Notes under the pieces: generated by a model
Seen by the model: only the letters and a program-made list of their open reading frames with translations
The model's database searches: none
Told to the model about the DNA's origin: nothing
Origin: an uncultured delta proteobacterium
GTDB taxonomy: Bacteria; Desulfobacterota; Binatia; UBA9968
Assembly: GCA_963755715.1 (NCBI GenBank)
Contig: CAVWLW010000043.1
Location: 113,604 to 177,603 of the forward strand
DNA: 64,000 nt
Direction of reading: 5' to 3'
Shown here: one piece after another, positions 11,001 through 21,455 of the stretch
Numbering within the stretch: the first letter of the stretch is position 1
Layout: each line of letters starts with the position of its first letter
Position numbers and translations under genes: made by a program

Positions 11001-11816
11001 CTACAAAGCTTCCTGGCGAGGGTATTTCCGCGGATTTGATTTTTGGGCTAGCGGGTCCAGGGCTGCATCGAGAGTCGCCGAAATTTTCGCATTGAACGAA
11101 CGACGCACAGCAATTCCCAGGTTAGGCGCAGACGGCAATCGGAAAATGGAGAAAGGAATTTTTTGACGGATGGCCGTTTCAATCATGGCTTTCTGCAGCA
11201 AAGAGTTTCGCTTCACGAAGTTTTGAAACCCCTCCCGTTCGAGAATGTGTTGTTGGAATTTCTGCCAGGCGGCGCCCCGCTCCGGATGGGAGCTTCGGGA
11301 TTCAATTTCACTGTCCATCAGTTGCAAGATAAATACATGCGTAGGCAACGTTCGCAATGTTTTGAGAACGATGTTGTACTCACGCTCCAATTTAGGCTGT
11401 TCGGTAACTCCCATAGTATATGTCGATAAATGGAATCGGTTGAGTAAGAAAACTGCCTTGTCGTCGCGTTCGAGTGTCACTGCAACGTAGTCCAGGAAGT
11501 TTCTCATCAGTCGAACTTGCAGTTTGAAAATGTCTTTGATCGGACGTTGATTCCATGACAGCAATAGCTCGCCTTCGGAATAGTCATATACATTTCGGCC
11601 CTCAAGCTTCTTTTTTAAATACGTCTGAAACGTGTCTTTGCCAGAGCCTGAAATTCCTTCGACAATGAGAACGCGAGAATCTAATGCATTTCTCTCCAGG
11701 AAGTAGGAATCTGAATTCTGCAGCTGCCGGAGAAGGTTTCTATGTTCCGGGGCCACTTCCGGCAGCGGCGGTTGTTCTGATGGGGCAAGTTTATCGATTA
11801 TCATTGTTTTTATCAT
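11001..11816 (-). CDS. P-loop NTPase, nucleoside-monophosphate/thymidylate kinase-like
   Basis: VLIVEGISGSGKDT Walker A; LNRFHLS corresponds to the DR motif of the TMK fold. Confidence 0.6.
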   Translation of the reverse strand: MIKTMIIDKLAPSEQPPLPEVAPEHRNLLRQLQNSDSYFLERNALDSRVLIVEGISGSGKDTFQTYLKKKLEGRNVYDYSEGELLLSWNQRPIKDIFKLQVRLMRNFLDYVAVTLERDDKAVFLLNRFHLSTYTMGVTEQPKLEREYNIVLKTLRTLPTHVFILQLMDSEIESRSSHPERGAAWQKFQQHILEREGFQNFVKRNSLLQKAMIETAIRQKIPFSIFRLPSAPNLGIAVRRSFNAKISATLDAALDPLAQKSNPRKYPRQEAL

Positions 11817-12502
11817 CTTCCCGTCAAGAAAATCACGCCCAAATCAACTCGTTCCCGGTTCATTACAAGAATTTATTACACAAGAGTTAACTTGTACCTA
11901 ACGCATAATGCCACATACTGTCAAACTACTGCGAATATTTACAAAGAGCGTCGTTGTTGTTTACGGCAAGTCAAAAAAGGCACTGTCAATTTACCGGCTA
12001 TTTTTCTCCCTTAACCGTATTCGGAAGGACGCCGAAGCAATATTAGGACCGTATGGTAAGCAAGAGGAGTTTTTCGCGTATTATCAGGATCTTACGTTTG
12101 GCGAGAAGGCTAAAGACGGCTAACTTTGTCAATCCTGCCAAAATTGGCGCATAATTAATGACAAATTGACAATTTTTTCCGTGGCGCGATGGCACATGAA
12201 TTAGGCGCGTTATGACAACTCATTTCTCGCGCAGTTTGCCCGAGCAGTCAGCTGTCTCCGGCATATTTCGTCCAAGCCCTGTCAAGGCGATCCCTAAAAC
12301 CAGTTCTGCAATCGAAGTTAAAACTTCAATGCGCAATCCGGGATTGAGTGCTTCGAAACTTGTAGAAATTCGTTCTGCCTGATCCTGAGAAAAATTGGTT
12401 GCTTTCGTTCCGGCGCTTGAAGAGATAAGGGAAAATGACGTAGCTTAGCTCGGAAACCGATTCGCACGACTCGGTGAAGTTCATGTCCAGAGGAGGATCG
12501 CA

Positions 12503-12895
12503 ATGCTAAAGACTCACGGTGTGCTGCACTTCAGTTTGCCGGTGACGGATCTGGATCGGAGCCGAAAATTTTACGAAGGGCTACTCGGCATGAAAGTCGT
12601 CGAACAGTCGGCGCGCATGGTCTTTTTACAGACCGGTGATGATTACCTCATTTTAGCAAAGGGGAGCGAGTCGCTAAAATACGACTCGCCGCAAAGTACG
12701 CCGGTGCATCATGCGTTCAAGGTAAAACCAGAGGATTTCGAGCCGTCGATCGATGAGCTACGCAAGAACGGCGTCGAAGTTTTTAATATCGAAGATCGTA
12801 ATCAGGGCGTTTTCTGGGGACCGCAGGCGTACTTTCTCGATCCGGATGGAAACAAGCTAGAAATTTATGCGGGACCTGGGGCGAAGAAGAATTAA
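12503..12895 (+). CDS. VOC/glyoxalase family protein
   Basis: HFSLPVTDLDRSRKFYEGLLG, HHAF and YFLDPDGNKLEI; GAGGAGG RBS. Confidence 0.9.
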   Translation: MLKTHGVLHFSLPVTDLDRSRKFYEGLLGMKVVEQSARMVFLQTGDDYLILAKGSESLKYDSPQSTPVHHAFKVKPEDFEPSIDELRKNGVEVFNIEDRNQGVFWGPQAYFLDPDGNKLEIYAGPGAKKN

Positions 12896-12932
12896 AAAAA
12901 AATTGTGTGTGTCCTGACGCGTTGGTGGAGAA

Positions 12933-12959
12933 AGATTTCTCCCTTGGGTCGAAATGACA
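12933..12959. repeat. REP-like palindromic repeat half-copy
   Basis: Reverse complement reads TGTCATTTCGACCCAAGGGAGAAATCT; a related degenerate copy GTGTCATCCCAAACGACAGAGAGGGATCT lies at 15068-15096. Confidence 0.45.
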
Positions 12960-13002
12960 TTTTGCGCTCGGTTCAGTGACATTCAGCAAGTGTCATCATG
13001 TT

Positions 13003-13026
13003 GGGGGCGGTTTCCCGCCGCCCCCA
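13003..13026. terminator. Hairpin between convergent genes
   Basis: GGGGGCGG-TTTC-CCGCCGCCCCC inverted repeat. Confidence 0.55.
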
Positions 13027-13060
13027 CATCGTTCCGTTTGTAAATTTTTCTTATTTGCTT

Positions 13061-13876
13061 TTACTTTGTCGCGCGGGTGGCGCTCCACTTAGCACCGCCG
13101 GCCGTGCCTTCGATTGAATTGCCGTTGACTTGCCCCGTGTATTGCGTGCCGCCGGCATTAAAACTGATCTCAGAACCGTGCAGCTTGCCGGTGATTGGCG
13201 TAGCTGCGTTGCCATTCTTGAGCGTGCCGCTGATCGTCTGAAAAGTTTGTTTGAGTGCCAGCTCGCCGTTCGCGAGCTTCCACGTGCCTTCTACTTTCGC
13301 CGGGACGATCCATAAATGCGCCGTGCACCAGTTCGTACAGCCTTCAACCGTGGCGGTTTCGTCGTCTTTCCAGTCGTCCATATCGAAGGTGTTCGAGACG
13401 ATACGCGTACCGGGCTTTAGATTCAAAATCTTCGGGCGCAGTTTTACGTTGATGCTCGGCAGGAGAAACATCGTAATCACTTGCGCCTGCGAGAAGTCGC
13501 TTTCGAACAGATCCGCTTTCCGAAAGCTAGCCTTATCGCTCACGCCTTCTTTGGCGGCGTTGCGCTTCGATAGCTCTACCATCTCCGGATTATATTCGAT
13601 GCCGAGGGCTTTCGAGCCCCGCTTGGCCGCGGTAATGACCGTGCGGCCATCGCCTGAGCCGAGATCGATCAGATAATCTTGCGGCGTGAGCTTGGCCATA
13701 TCGAGCATCTTGTCCACCAACGCTTGCGGCGTCGGCACCCACACAACGTCTTTACCGGCCTGGCCAACCTCGGGCTGGTATTCCTTGGCGGGTTGCGCCT
13801 GCGCTACACCGCCGGCCAGTGCTGCGCACAACGCAAGTGAGAAAAAAAGCTTAGGCGTAACAAGTGATCGATTCAT
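13061..13876 (-). CDS. Class I SAM-dependent methyltransferase with signal peptide (copy 1)
   Basis: Signal peptide ending AQA; VPTPQ, IDLGSGDGR and GIEYNP motifs; C-terminal beta-rich domain. Confidence 0.88.
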   Translation of the reverse strand: MNRSLVTPKLFFSLALCAALAGGVAQAQPAKEYQPEVGQAGKDVVWVPTPQALVDKMLDMAKLTPQDYLIDLGSGDGRTVITAAKRGSKALGIEYNPEMVELSKRNAAKEGVSDKASFRKADLFESDFSQAQVITMFLLPSINVKLRPKILNLKPGTRIVSNTFDMDDWKDDETATVEGCTNWCTAHLWIVPAKVEGTWKLANGELALKQTFQTISGTLKNGNAATPITGKLHGSEISFNAGGTQYTGQVNGNSIEGTAGGAKWSATRATK

Positions 13877-14029
13877 AAAACTTCTCCTCCAAATCTAGTG
13901 TGATGGCTATTGTTATAGCAAGCCCGCGAGGCGGACGGGAGGGGGTTCAGGTAAAAAATCCGCTAATGTGAGAAACGAAACCCGAGCGTCGAGCTCGGGC
14001 CCAGTTTTTTTGCGTGATTGTCTTTCGAT

Positions 14030-14839
14030 TTATTGTGCAGCGCGTGTCGCGCTCCATTTGTTTCCGCCGACCGTGCCTTCCATCGCGTTGCCATTGACTC
14101 GGCCAGTGTACGACGCATTGCCGGCGCTAAAGGAAATCTGATCGCCGTTGAGCTTGCCATTGACGGGTGTCGTGGCGTTGGCGGACTTGAGCGTGCCGGT
14201 AATCATCTGAAAGCTCTGCTTGATCGTTAGCTCGCCCTGCGGCAGTTTCCACGTTCCTTCGGTCTTGGCCGGCACGATCCACAAATGGGCGGTGCACCAG
14301 GAGTTGCACCCGGGCAAATTGGCGGTCTCGTCCGGTTTCCACTCGCCCATATCGAAAGTGTTCGAGACGATGCGCGTACCGGGTTTGAGTTCGAGGATTT
14401 TCGGGCGCAGTTTCATGTTGATGCTGGAAAGCAAGAACATGGTAATCACTTGAGCCTGGGAAAAGTCGCTTTCAAACAGATCGGCTTTCATGAAACTCGC
14501 TTTATCGCTCACGCCTTCTTTGGCGGCGTTGCGTTTCGACAACTCCACCATGTCCGGATTGTATTCGATGCCGAGCGCTTTCGAGCCGCGCTTGGCGGCC
14601 GTGATAACGGTGCGGCCATCGCCGGAGCCAAGATCGATGACGTAATCTTTGGGCGTAACCTTGGCCATGTCGAGCATTTTGTCGACTAAAGCCTGCGGCG
14701 TCGGTACCCAGATCACGTCTTTGCCTTCTTGGCCGACCGAAGGCTGGTAGTCCGTCGCCGGCTGCGCGGACGCTGGGTAGTCAAGCAAAGGTAGGCACAG
14801 CGTAATCAATAAGAAACCGATGAATGCTGGTTTGAACAT
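14030..14839 (-). CDS. Class I SAM-dependent methyltransferase with signal peptide (copy 2)
   Basis: Near-identical core to copy 1; start MFKPAF preceded by a GGAGG RBS. Confidence 0.88.
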   Translation of the reverse strand: MFKPAFIGFLLITLCLPLLDYPASAQPATDYQPSVGQEGKDVIWVPTPQALVDKMLDMAKVTPKDYVIDLGSGDGRTVITAAKRGSKALGIEYNPDMVELSKRNAAKEGVSDKASFMKADLFESDFSQAQVITMFLLSSINMKLRPKILELKPGTRIVSNTFDMGEWKPDETANLPGCNSWCTAHLWIVPAKTEGTWKLPQGELTIKQSFQMITGTLKSANATTPVNGKLNGDQISFSAGNASYTGRVNGNAMEGTVGGNKWSATRAAQ

Positions 14840-15288
14840 AGGTGATCCTCCAAAGGTAGTATGCTTAAAATTTTGGCGCAGATAAACGTCATCTTGCATA
14901 CTCCAAGGCAGGAAAAATGTCTAGGAATCGGGGCCAAGCAAAACTCTAAAATGGATGTCGCCAAGTCTACTTGAACGCGAGCAAAGCGACTGCAATCTCA
15001 GTTTAGATTACAAACCCATCCGGACAGCAAGAAAGATTCTCGAGCGGAATAACAACTAAAGAATGAAGTGTCATCCCAAACGACAGAGAGGGATCTTGAC
15101 CAAACTCAACCCTTTAGCCAATCTCACCGTTCATCTTCTTCTTCCTGCGTCGAAAACCTTGCCGGGATGGGACAGGGTAGACGAAAAATGGCAAAGGTCG
15201 TCACGATCCAGAATCAAATCCTCGCCGCCAAATCGCTAGAAAGTCGCCAAACTGTCCAAGTTCACCAATGGCACAGCGCGCGCGCCCA

Positions 15289-15304
15289 TGGCATGGTTCT
15301 CGCT
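15289..15304 (+). promoter_or_regulatory. Putative sigma54 promoter
   Basis: TGGCATGGTTCTCGCT (GG-N10-GC) about 30 bp before the ATG at 15333; a second GG-N10-GC match lies just upstream. Confidence 0.45.
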
Positions 15305-15332
15305 AAGTTACTCCGGCGAGGTTAACAAAGAG

Positions 15333-15860
15333 ATGGAAAACAGCATCGATCAAGAGAGTCCTGCAGCCGATCCCCGGCAAGATTTTGGTCGTCGATCCAA
15401 AAAACAGTCCAATGCCGAGCTCGCCGAATTACATGAAGCGCTGCGAGAGAAGGAAAAACTTCTTCAGGCCAATGAAATCGCCCGGCAAGAAATGGCTTCG
15501 TCGCAACAAGCCGAGCTTCGTGATATGAAAAGCCAGCTGACTGAAAAAGATGAGCTCCTGCTCCGCCGGCAAGCCGAATTGCACTCGCTCAAGTTTCGCT
15601 TGGAAAATCTCTCGGAGCAAATGAGTCAAATTGGCAAAGATAAAGATCGCATGATTTCTGAGATCGCCCGGCTGAACGCCGAACTCAAAGAGAAAAAGCT
15701 GATCCTCGCCAAACAAGAGCAAGAAGAATGGCAATCGATCGGTTGGCGCAACGAGCTTGAAACGAAAACTGGGAAAGCTCGGGGCTCGTTTTTCCGGCTC
15801 CGGCGAAGAGGAAAAGCAAAAAAGCGCCGAATCCTCCGCCCACCTCACGCTGGTCTTTAA
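15333..15860 (+). CDS. Hypothetical coiled-coil protein
   Basis: E/K/Q/L-rich heptad sequence; the C-terminus may be frameshifted. Confidence 0.6.
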   Translation: MENSIDQESPAADPRQDFGRRSKKQSNAELAELHEALREKEKLLQANEIARQEMASSQQAELRDMKSQLTEKDELLLRRQAELHSLKFRLENLSEQMSQIGKDKDRMISEIARLNAELKEKKLILAKQEQEEWQSIGWRNELETKTGKARGSFFRLRRRGKAKKRRILRPPHAGL

Positions 15861-16060
15861 AAATCAAAGTCGGTGAAATAGTTGCCAGCCACGGGGCGGA
15901 GTTGTCGAACCGGCGCGCAGCGGTTGCGTGCTTGCAAATACCGCCGCAAGCTTTTTAGTCCACAATTTCCATTTTTACATTGGCTGAAGCCGATCGGGCC
16001 CGCGTGACGCCGGCGCCAAAGCATCCAATCGTGGTCGGCTCGCATCATGCGAACCGCGCC

Positions 16061-17383
16061 TCAGCTTTCGAGGCTTCGGATCGCCGGCACGCGCCATGCC
16101 ACCAGCACGGCGAGAACAATGACGACGGCGCCCATGATGGCGACGGTCAACGGCGCGCCGATAAAATGCGCGGTCACACCGGCAAACATGGCGCCGATCG
16201 GCATGAAGCCGCGGTCGAGCATGTAGAGGCTCATGACCCGGCCGCGCAACTCGTCCGGAACGATCATCTGCAGGATCGTGTTGGTGCTGGCGAGAAAGAA
16301 CATCTGAAAGATGCCGACCAAAACCAAAGAAATCAGCGCCAAGGGAAAGTAAGTGATCTGCGAAAATAGAATGAGAAAAAATCCGAGGATGATAATGCTA
16401 CCGACGAGAAACAACCCTTGGCGCCTGAGGCTATTGCCGAGCGATGCCAGTAACAGCACAGATATGAGGGCGCCGACGCCGGGCGCGGCCATTAAGATTC
16501 CCAGCCCTTCGGGACCGACTTTCAGCACATCTTTTTGAAAGACCGGCATCAAAGTCTGGTACGGCACGGCAAAGATGCGCGGGACGTAAGCGAGCGTCAT
16601 CAGCGCCAGCACGGCGGGCGTCGACCAGACATAGGCGAAGCCTTCCTTGAGGTTGGCCATGGCGGATGAGCGGCGCGCTCGCTCGGACGTGGGCGGCACG
16701 TGCATCCAATAGATCATCAGCAACACGCCGCTGTAGGCGATGGCCTGGACGAAAAAATTTCCTCCCGCGCCGAACAACGCAATCATCAAGCCGCCCAATG
16801 CGGGGCCGATGATCTTCATCAAATTAAATCCACCCGAATTCAGCGCGATGGCGTTGGCGAGATCTTCCTTGGGAACCAGGCTCGGAATCATGCTTTGCCT
16901 GACCGGTTCCGTGAAGGTCCAAGCGATTCCCGTGATCAACGTGAACACAAACACATGCCACACCTGGAGCAGTCCCGACGCCACCAGCGCGCCCATCAGC
17001 ACCGCGGTGACGATCAATACCCACTGAGTGCGCAGCAGCAGCCGCTTTCGGTCCATTCGATCCGCAGCCACTCCCGCCATGGGGCCGGTGACGAGAAAAG
17101 GCAAAGCGCGCAGTCCGTTGAGCGATCCGAGCAACATCGAATTGCCGGTGAGGTCGTACACCAGCCAACCCAGCGTGACCTGCTGGATCCATTGGCCGGC
17201 GCTCATCATGAAAGTGCCGGAGCAAAGATAGCGAAAATCGGTGTGACGAAGCGAAGAGAATGTCTGAAAGCGAAAACGCTGCCGAGTCGATTCGACGGGT
17301 GCTTCAATGAGCTCCGAAAATTCTTCGTCCAAGTGTTTTGTATCCTTCGGTTGTGACCAAGTGGGGCTTCTCCTTTCTACCAA
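16061..17383 (-). CDS. MFS transporter (MFS_3-like)
   Basis: FSSLRHTDFR, GVAADRMDRKR, ANAIALNS and LRGRVMS motifs; about 12 TM segments. Confidence 0.9.
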   Translation of the reverse strand: MVERRSPTWSQPKDTKHLDEEFSELIEAPVESTRQRFRFQTFSSLRHTDFRYLCSGTFMMSAGQWIQQVTLGWLVYDLTGNSMLLGSLNGLRALPFLVTGPMAGVAADRMDRKRLLLRTQWVLIVTAVLMGALVASGLLQVWHVFVFTLITGIAWTFTEPVRQSMIPSLVPKEDLANAIALNSGGFNLMKIIGPALGGLMIALFGAGGNFFVQAIAYSGVLLMIYWMHVPPTSERARRSSAMANLKEGFAYVWSTPAVLALMTLAYVPRIFAVPYQTLMPVFQKDVLKVGPEGLGILMAAPGVGALISVLLLASLGNSLRRQGLFLVGSIIILGFFLILFSQITYFPLALISLVLVGIFQMFFLASTNTILQMIVPDELRGRVMSLYMLDRGFMPIGAMFAGVTAHFIGAPLTVAIMGAVVIVLAVLVAWRVPAIRSLES

Positions 17384-17511
17384 GATTCAGTCAGGGTTGC
17401 CACAAACGCGAAGCTTTGCCGGCCGGTAATTCTACTGCTTACGATGAGGCATGCCCGCAGCAAAAATCTGGCGCTGCACGATGCTTCGCTTACGTCGGCG
17501 CCGCCGAAATA

Positions 17512-18696
17512 TCAGGCGTGCTGTTGTTTCTCCGCCCGTGCCGCGGCGAACGAATACGCGTCGTAGCCTTCGCGAATCAGCTGGATTACCTCATCCTTGG
17601 CGGGATCAAAATTGATTCCAATCAGATTCTCGCCATTTTGCGCGGCGATGATTTGCTCGCGCAGTAATTTGCGAAACATGATGACGCCGCGGTCGGCTTC
17701 GCCTAGATGCTCGCCGCCGCGGTTGGCGATCGCGCCCTGAGTTTCCCAGGCCATGTGGTCCTGGCTGGCGAAATGATTCAGATGAAACTCGCCGTCTTCA
17801 TTTTTCGTCGCGATGAATTCCACCGGCGGCTCATCCGGCTGTTCGGCGACGCTGCCGTCTTTGGTCGGGGTGAAACGGAATTGAAAAACTTGGGTATTCG
17901 AGTCGTCGATCGGCGTGCGAAAATGCATGGAGTAACCGGTGCGCACAGGGACGAAAAGAATATTGGGAAAAATCAGCGGGTGCGGCGCTTCGGCGGGAAC
18001 GCCGTCACCGGCGAAGATCCGCTGTTTCTGGATCCCCGCCCAATTGGGTTCCACCACCAATTCAAAGTCGATCTTGCTGAGCTGCTGATAGTGAAACGGC
18101 ACGTAATCCTTGTCGCCCTTGAGCTTGAGCGTGTGCGAATGAAGATAATAGGTGTGCGTTGGATCGACGGAGTTTTCCATTGCCTGCAACCAATTGCACT
18201 GCAGCACTTCGCAGACGTCGACCTTTTTGACACCGTCCCGGCGCACAAGCAAGTCCCACTTCGGCAGCAGCGGTTTCTTATCGGCAGGCCCCATGTAGGC
18301 AAAGAGCAGGCCTCCCAGCTTCTCCACGGGGTAGGCGGTGTGCTGTATCTTGTCCTTGAATCCGCTCTCGGGATTTTCAAAAGGCTGATCAATGCACTTG
18401 CCGCACGCATCGTATTTCCAACCGTGATAGGCGCAGCGAATACCGCCGTCTTCGACGAAGCCGTAGTAGAGCGATACGCCGCGGTGCGAGCAATGCTCGG
18501 CGACGAGGCCGTAACTGCCGCGTGGATCTCGGTAGAGCACCAAATCCTCGCCTAGGATTCGGACTCGTTTTTTCGGTTTTTCATCGCTCAGCTCAGCTGC
18601 CGCCGCAACCACGTGCCAGTAGCGTCTCAGCAATTGCCCCGCGGGAGTTCCCGGGGCGACCCGGGTAAGAAAATCGTTTTCTTCGTGACTGAGCAT
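17512..18696 (-). CDS. Rieske non-heme iron oxygenase alpha subunit (phthalate 4,5-dioxygenase-like)
   Basis: CSHRG...CAYHGW Rieske motif; ENSVDPTHTYYLH and QDHMAWETQG. Confidence 0.92.
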   Translation of the reverse strand: MLSHEENDFLTRVAPGTPAGQLLRRYWHVVAAAAELSDEKPKKRVRILGEDLVLYRDPRGSYGLVAEHCSHRGVSLYYGFVEDGGIRCAYHGWKYDACGKCIDQPFENPESGFKDKIQHTAYPVEKLGGLLFAYMGPADKKPLLPKWDLLVRRDGVKKVDVCEVLQCNWLQAMENSVDPTHTYYLHSHTLKLKGDKDYVPFHYQQLSKIDFELVVEPNWAGIQKQRIFAGDGVPAEAPHPLIFPNILFVPVRTGYSMHFRTPIDDSNTQVFQFRFTPTKDGSVAEQPDEPPVEFIATKNEDGEFHLNHFASQDHMAWETQGAIANRGGEHLGEADRGVIMFRKLLREQIIAAQNGENLIGINFDPAKDEVIQLIREGYDAYSFAAARAEKQQHA

Positions 18697-18809
18697 GGCG
18701 CAAGCTCCTTAACTTTGGTCAATGAAAAAGAATCGACATAGTAAGATTTATCAAATTGACAGTATTCGAAACACGGCTGGGGTGTCAACGTGAAGGGCAA
18801 TAGGATATT

Positions 18810-19525
18810 TCACTTTGCATCGTGAAAAATAATTCCCAGCGTGTAGCGTTCGCCTGAACGGACGGTGCTGACGCCGTGGCGGAGGTTGGCGCGGTAGTAG
18901 CCGCGCGCGCCGCGAACCGGGCGATGGTGAACTGCAAAGACGACCGCATCGCCTTGGTTCGGATTGAGCGCTTCGACGCGGGATTGTTGGCGCGGGCGTT
19001 GCTCGGCGAGGACAAATTCACCGCCTTCAAAATCTTTGCCGCGTTGACTCAAAAAGAAGGTGACCTGAAACGGAAACACGATCTCACCGTATAGATCTTG
19101 ATGCAGGCAGTTGAAATCACCGGCATGATACTTCAGAAGCAACGGCGTTGGGCGTTTTTGGCCGGCGCGATGGCAGCACGCGATGAAGTCCGAAAGCTGC
19201 TCAGGATATCGGATCTTGTTCCCGAGCCGTTCGGCCCATTGGTTGGCAAGCGGCGCAAGCTGCGGGTAGATCGAAGCCCTGAGATGTTGCACGATCTCGG
19301 GCAGCGGATAATTGAGATACTTATACTCGCCGCGGCCGAAAGAATAGCGCGCCATTTCAATGCGTGAACGAAAGCGAGCGGTCGTCGGCGTAATAGCCGG
19401 CGATCTCGCCGCAACGATTCTTTGCGAGCACGGCGGGAATCAGCGCAAATCCACGTTCCTCGAGATGAGAACGTACTTGCTTCCCAATCGATTTTGTGCT
19501 CGTGATTCGCCGCTAGAGTCGACAT
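18810..19525 (-). CDS. 2OG-Fe(II) oxygenase (DUF2086-like, usually Ada-associated); 5' part has indels
   Basis: GRGEYKY, RPTPLLL.Y, NCLHQDLYG, EQRPRQQSR, RHGVS and GIIFHDA motifs. Confidence 0.85.
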
Positions 19526-19541
19526 CACTGCTCTTAGTTTG

Positions 19542-20033
19542 TCATCCATGCTGCAGCTTTGACTCGAGAGCCAAGAGCGCCGCTTTGGCCTGCAGGCCGC
19601 CGGCAAACCCGGTGAGCGATCCGTCCGAGCCGATGACCCGATGGCAGGGCACGATGATCGATAACGGATTTTTGCCGTTGGCCAGTCCCACCGCGCGAGA
19701 GGCGCTGGCGGAGCCGATGGCCTTGGCCAAGTCGAGGTAACTGCGGGTTTGACCGAACGGAATTTCTCTTAAGGCGCGCCAAACTTTCTTTTGGAATTCA
19801 CTCCCGTTTGGCTCGAGCGGAAGATCGAATTCGGTTCGTTTATGGGCGAAATATTCGATCAACTGTCGTTCGGCCTCAACCAGAATCGGCTGCTCGGGGG
19901 CGAGCTTGGGCGGATCGAGCTTGACCCGATCGGCTCGTTCCTGCTCCCAGAGAACCGCGACCAGCGCATGGGCGCTGGCGATCAGCTTGAGTTTGCCCAC
20001 CGGCGATTCCATTTCTTTGTAGAATAGCGTCAT
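19542..20033 (-). CDS. ogt: Methylated-DNA--protein-cysteine methyltransferase
   Basis: FQKKVW, IPFGQTRSY, RAVG and NPLSIIVPCHRVIG active site. Confidence 0.95.
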   Translation of the reverse strand: MTLFYKEMESPVGKLKLIASAHALVAVLWEQERADRVKLDPPKLAPEQPILVEAERQLIEYFAHKRTEFDLPLEPNGSEFQKKVWRALREIPFGQTRSYLDLAKAIGSASASRAVGLANGKNPLSIIVPCHRVIGSDGSLTGFAGGLQAKAALLALESKLQHG

Positions 20034-20117
20034 GTTTTGTTTCTCCTTTTTTCTTTTTGACTGTCGCCCATTTCTCCAGTCCGTCGTTTTGCGACTTGCG
20101 GTACTCGAATCGACTCC

Positions 20118-20935
20118 TCACGCCGGCCGACAAATTTTGCACGGGCGCAGGCCGGCTGCTTTCGCTTCTCCAGGATCGGCGAAAAAGAGGATCTGCGCGC
20201 GGTCCACACCTGCGCTGCTGCGGCAGCTTGTTCGACAGATAAATTTTGGTGCCTTTGTGGCCCCAGACGATGCTATCGGGAAGTCTTTTCGTCTGCTTTG
20301 CCCAGAGCAAAACCTTCGCTCCTTAAGAGTTGCAACTTGCGCGCGGCGCCGCCGCCGTAGCCGCCAATGCCGCCGCTCGAAGTAATCACCCGATGGCATG
20401 GCACATAAATCGGCACGGGATTGTTGTGCAAAGCATTGCCGACGGCCCTTGCCCCCTTGGGCGCTCCCGCCGCCGCGCCCAAGGCTTGATAGCTCACTAC
20501 CGCGCCGCGCGGGACTTCCCGTAGCTTCTGCAAAACTTTTTTCTGAAACGGGCTCACCGCCAGACTCAGGTCGGTGTTCCGGCGCAGCGCATCCGCGTCA
20601 CCATCGAGATAGCGCCGAATCTCAGTGCCGACTTCTTTGACGCTCCTTCGGTCTTCAACGGGATCCAGTACCAGCCGAAGCTTTGCGATCGTACTTTCGA
20701 GATCGTCGCCGCCGGGCAAATAGTGGATGAGCACGATACCGCGCTCGCTCAGCGCCACGAGCAAATCACCCAACGGCGAATTCACGACGCCGACTGCGGC
20801 CTGCGGCCGGCGAATCTGTTTGAGCGCGTTATCGACACGGCGCTGAGAGCGGCGCAGCAACGCCTCGACTCTTTGGTCGCCGAATTCACTGCCGACTGTG
20901 CCAATAAGTTTTTCTATATTCATATTGATCACCAC
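20118..20935 (-). CDS. Ogt-type alkyltransferase with N-terminal extension and C-terminal Ada zinc-binding domain (two 1-bp insertions)
   Basis: NPVPIYVPCHRVI active site. Removing single extra bases near 20284 and 20238 gives ...LPDSIVWGHKGTKIYCRTSC...EAKAAGLRPCKICRPA. Confidence 0.8.
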
Positions 20936-21447
20936 ATGGATTTAAGTTTTCTCAGCGCTTGCGAAACATTCGCCCGCGCGCCTTCTTGAGAGCAGTCCAG
21001 AGCCGCGGCTATTTCCGCGTAATCCAGGCCGGCGAAATAGCGCAACTGCAACGCCTCGCGTTGTTTTGCCGGGAGCGCGGACATCAGCTCGCGCAGGCGC
21101 ACAGCCGCATAGCCGTCATTTTCGTTGTGCGCTCGATGCGCTTTGCCGATCCGGTCGGCCGCCGGATTTGCCTCATCATCAGCGACGATCACGGCGGTGC
21201 GCCGGGCGCCGTCGCGCGCTCGATTGCGGCATAGGTTGACGGCGATCGCATACAACCACGGCCTGACTTCGCTGTCGGGTTCAAGACGAGGATAGGCGCG
21301 ATAAGCGCGCAACCAAGTCTCCTGAAACAAGTCCGCGGCGTCTTCACGATCGCCCGACGCGCGCAGCAGATAGCGCATAATCTCCCGTTCATGACGCCGC
21401 ATTATCTGCTCGAAGGGAAGCGGTAGCTGTAGTTTCGGGTGCGTCAT
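20929..21447 (-). CDS. ECF RNA polymerase sigma-70 factor
   Basis: Region 2 DAADLFQETWLRAY...WLYAIAVNLCRN; region 4 LPAKQREALQLRYFAGLDYAEIA. Overlaps the start of the next gene. Confidence 0.93.
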   Translation of the reverse strand: MTHPKLQLPLPFEQIMRRHEREIMRYLLRASGDREDAADLFQETWLRAYRAYPRLEPDSEVRPWLYAIAVNLCRNRARDGARRTAVIVADDEANPAADRIGKAHRAHNENDGYAAVRLRELMSALPAKQREALQLRYFAGLDYAEIAAALDCSQEGARANVSQALRKLKSMW

Positions 21448-21455
21448 GTAGGTTG

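Noticed and set aside
15288-15332. ORF-track start at 15288
   Set aside because: It overlaps the putative sigma54 promoter; the ATG at 15333 is more plausible.
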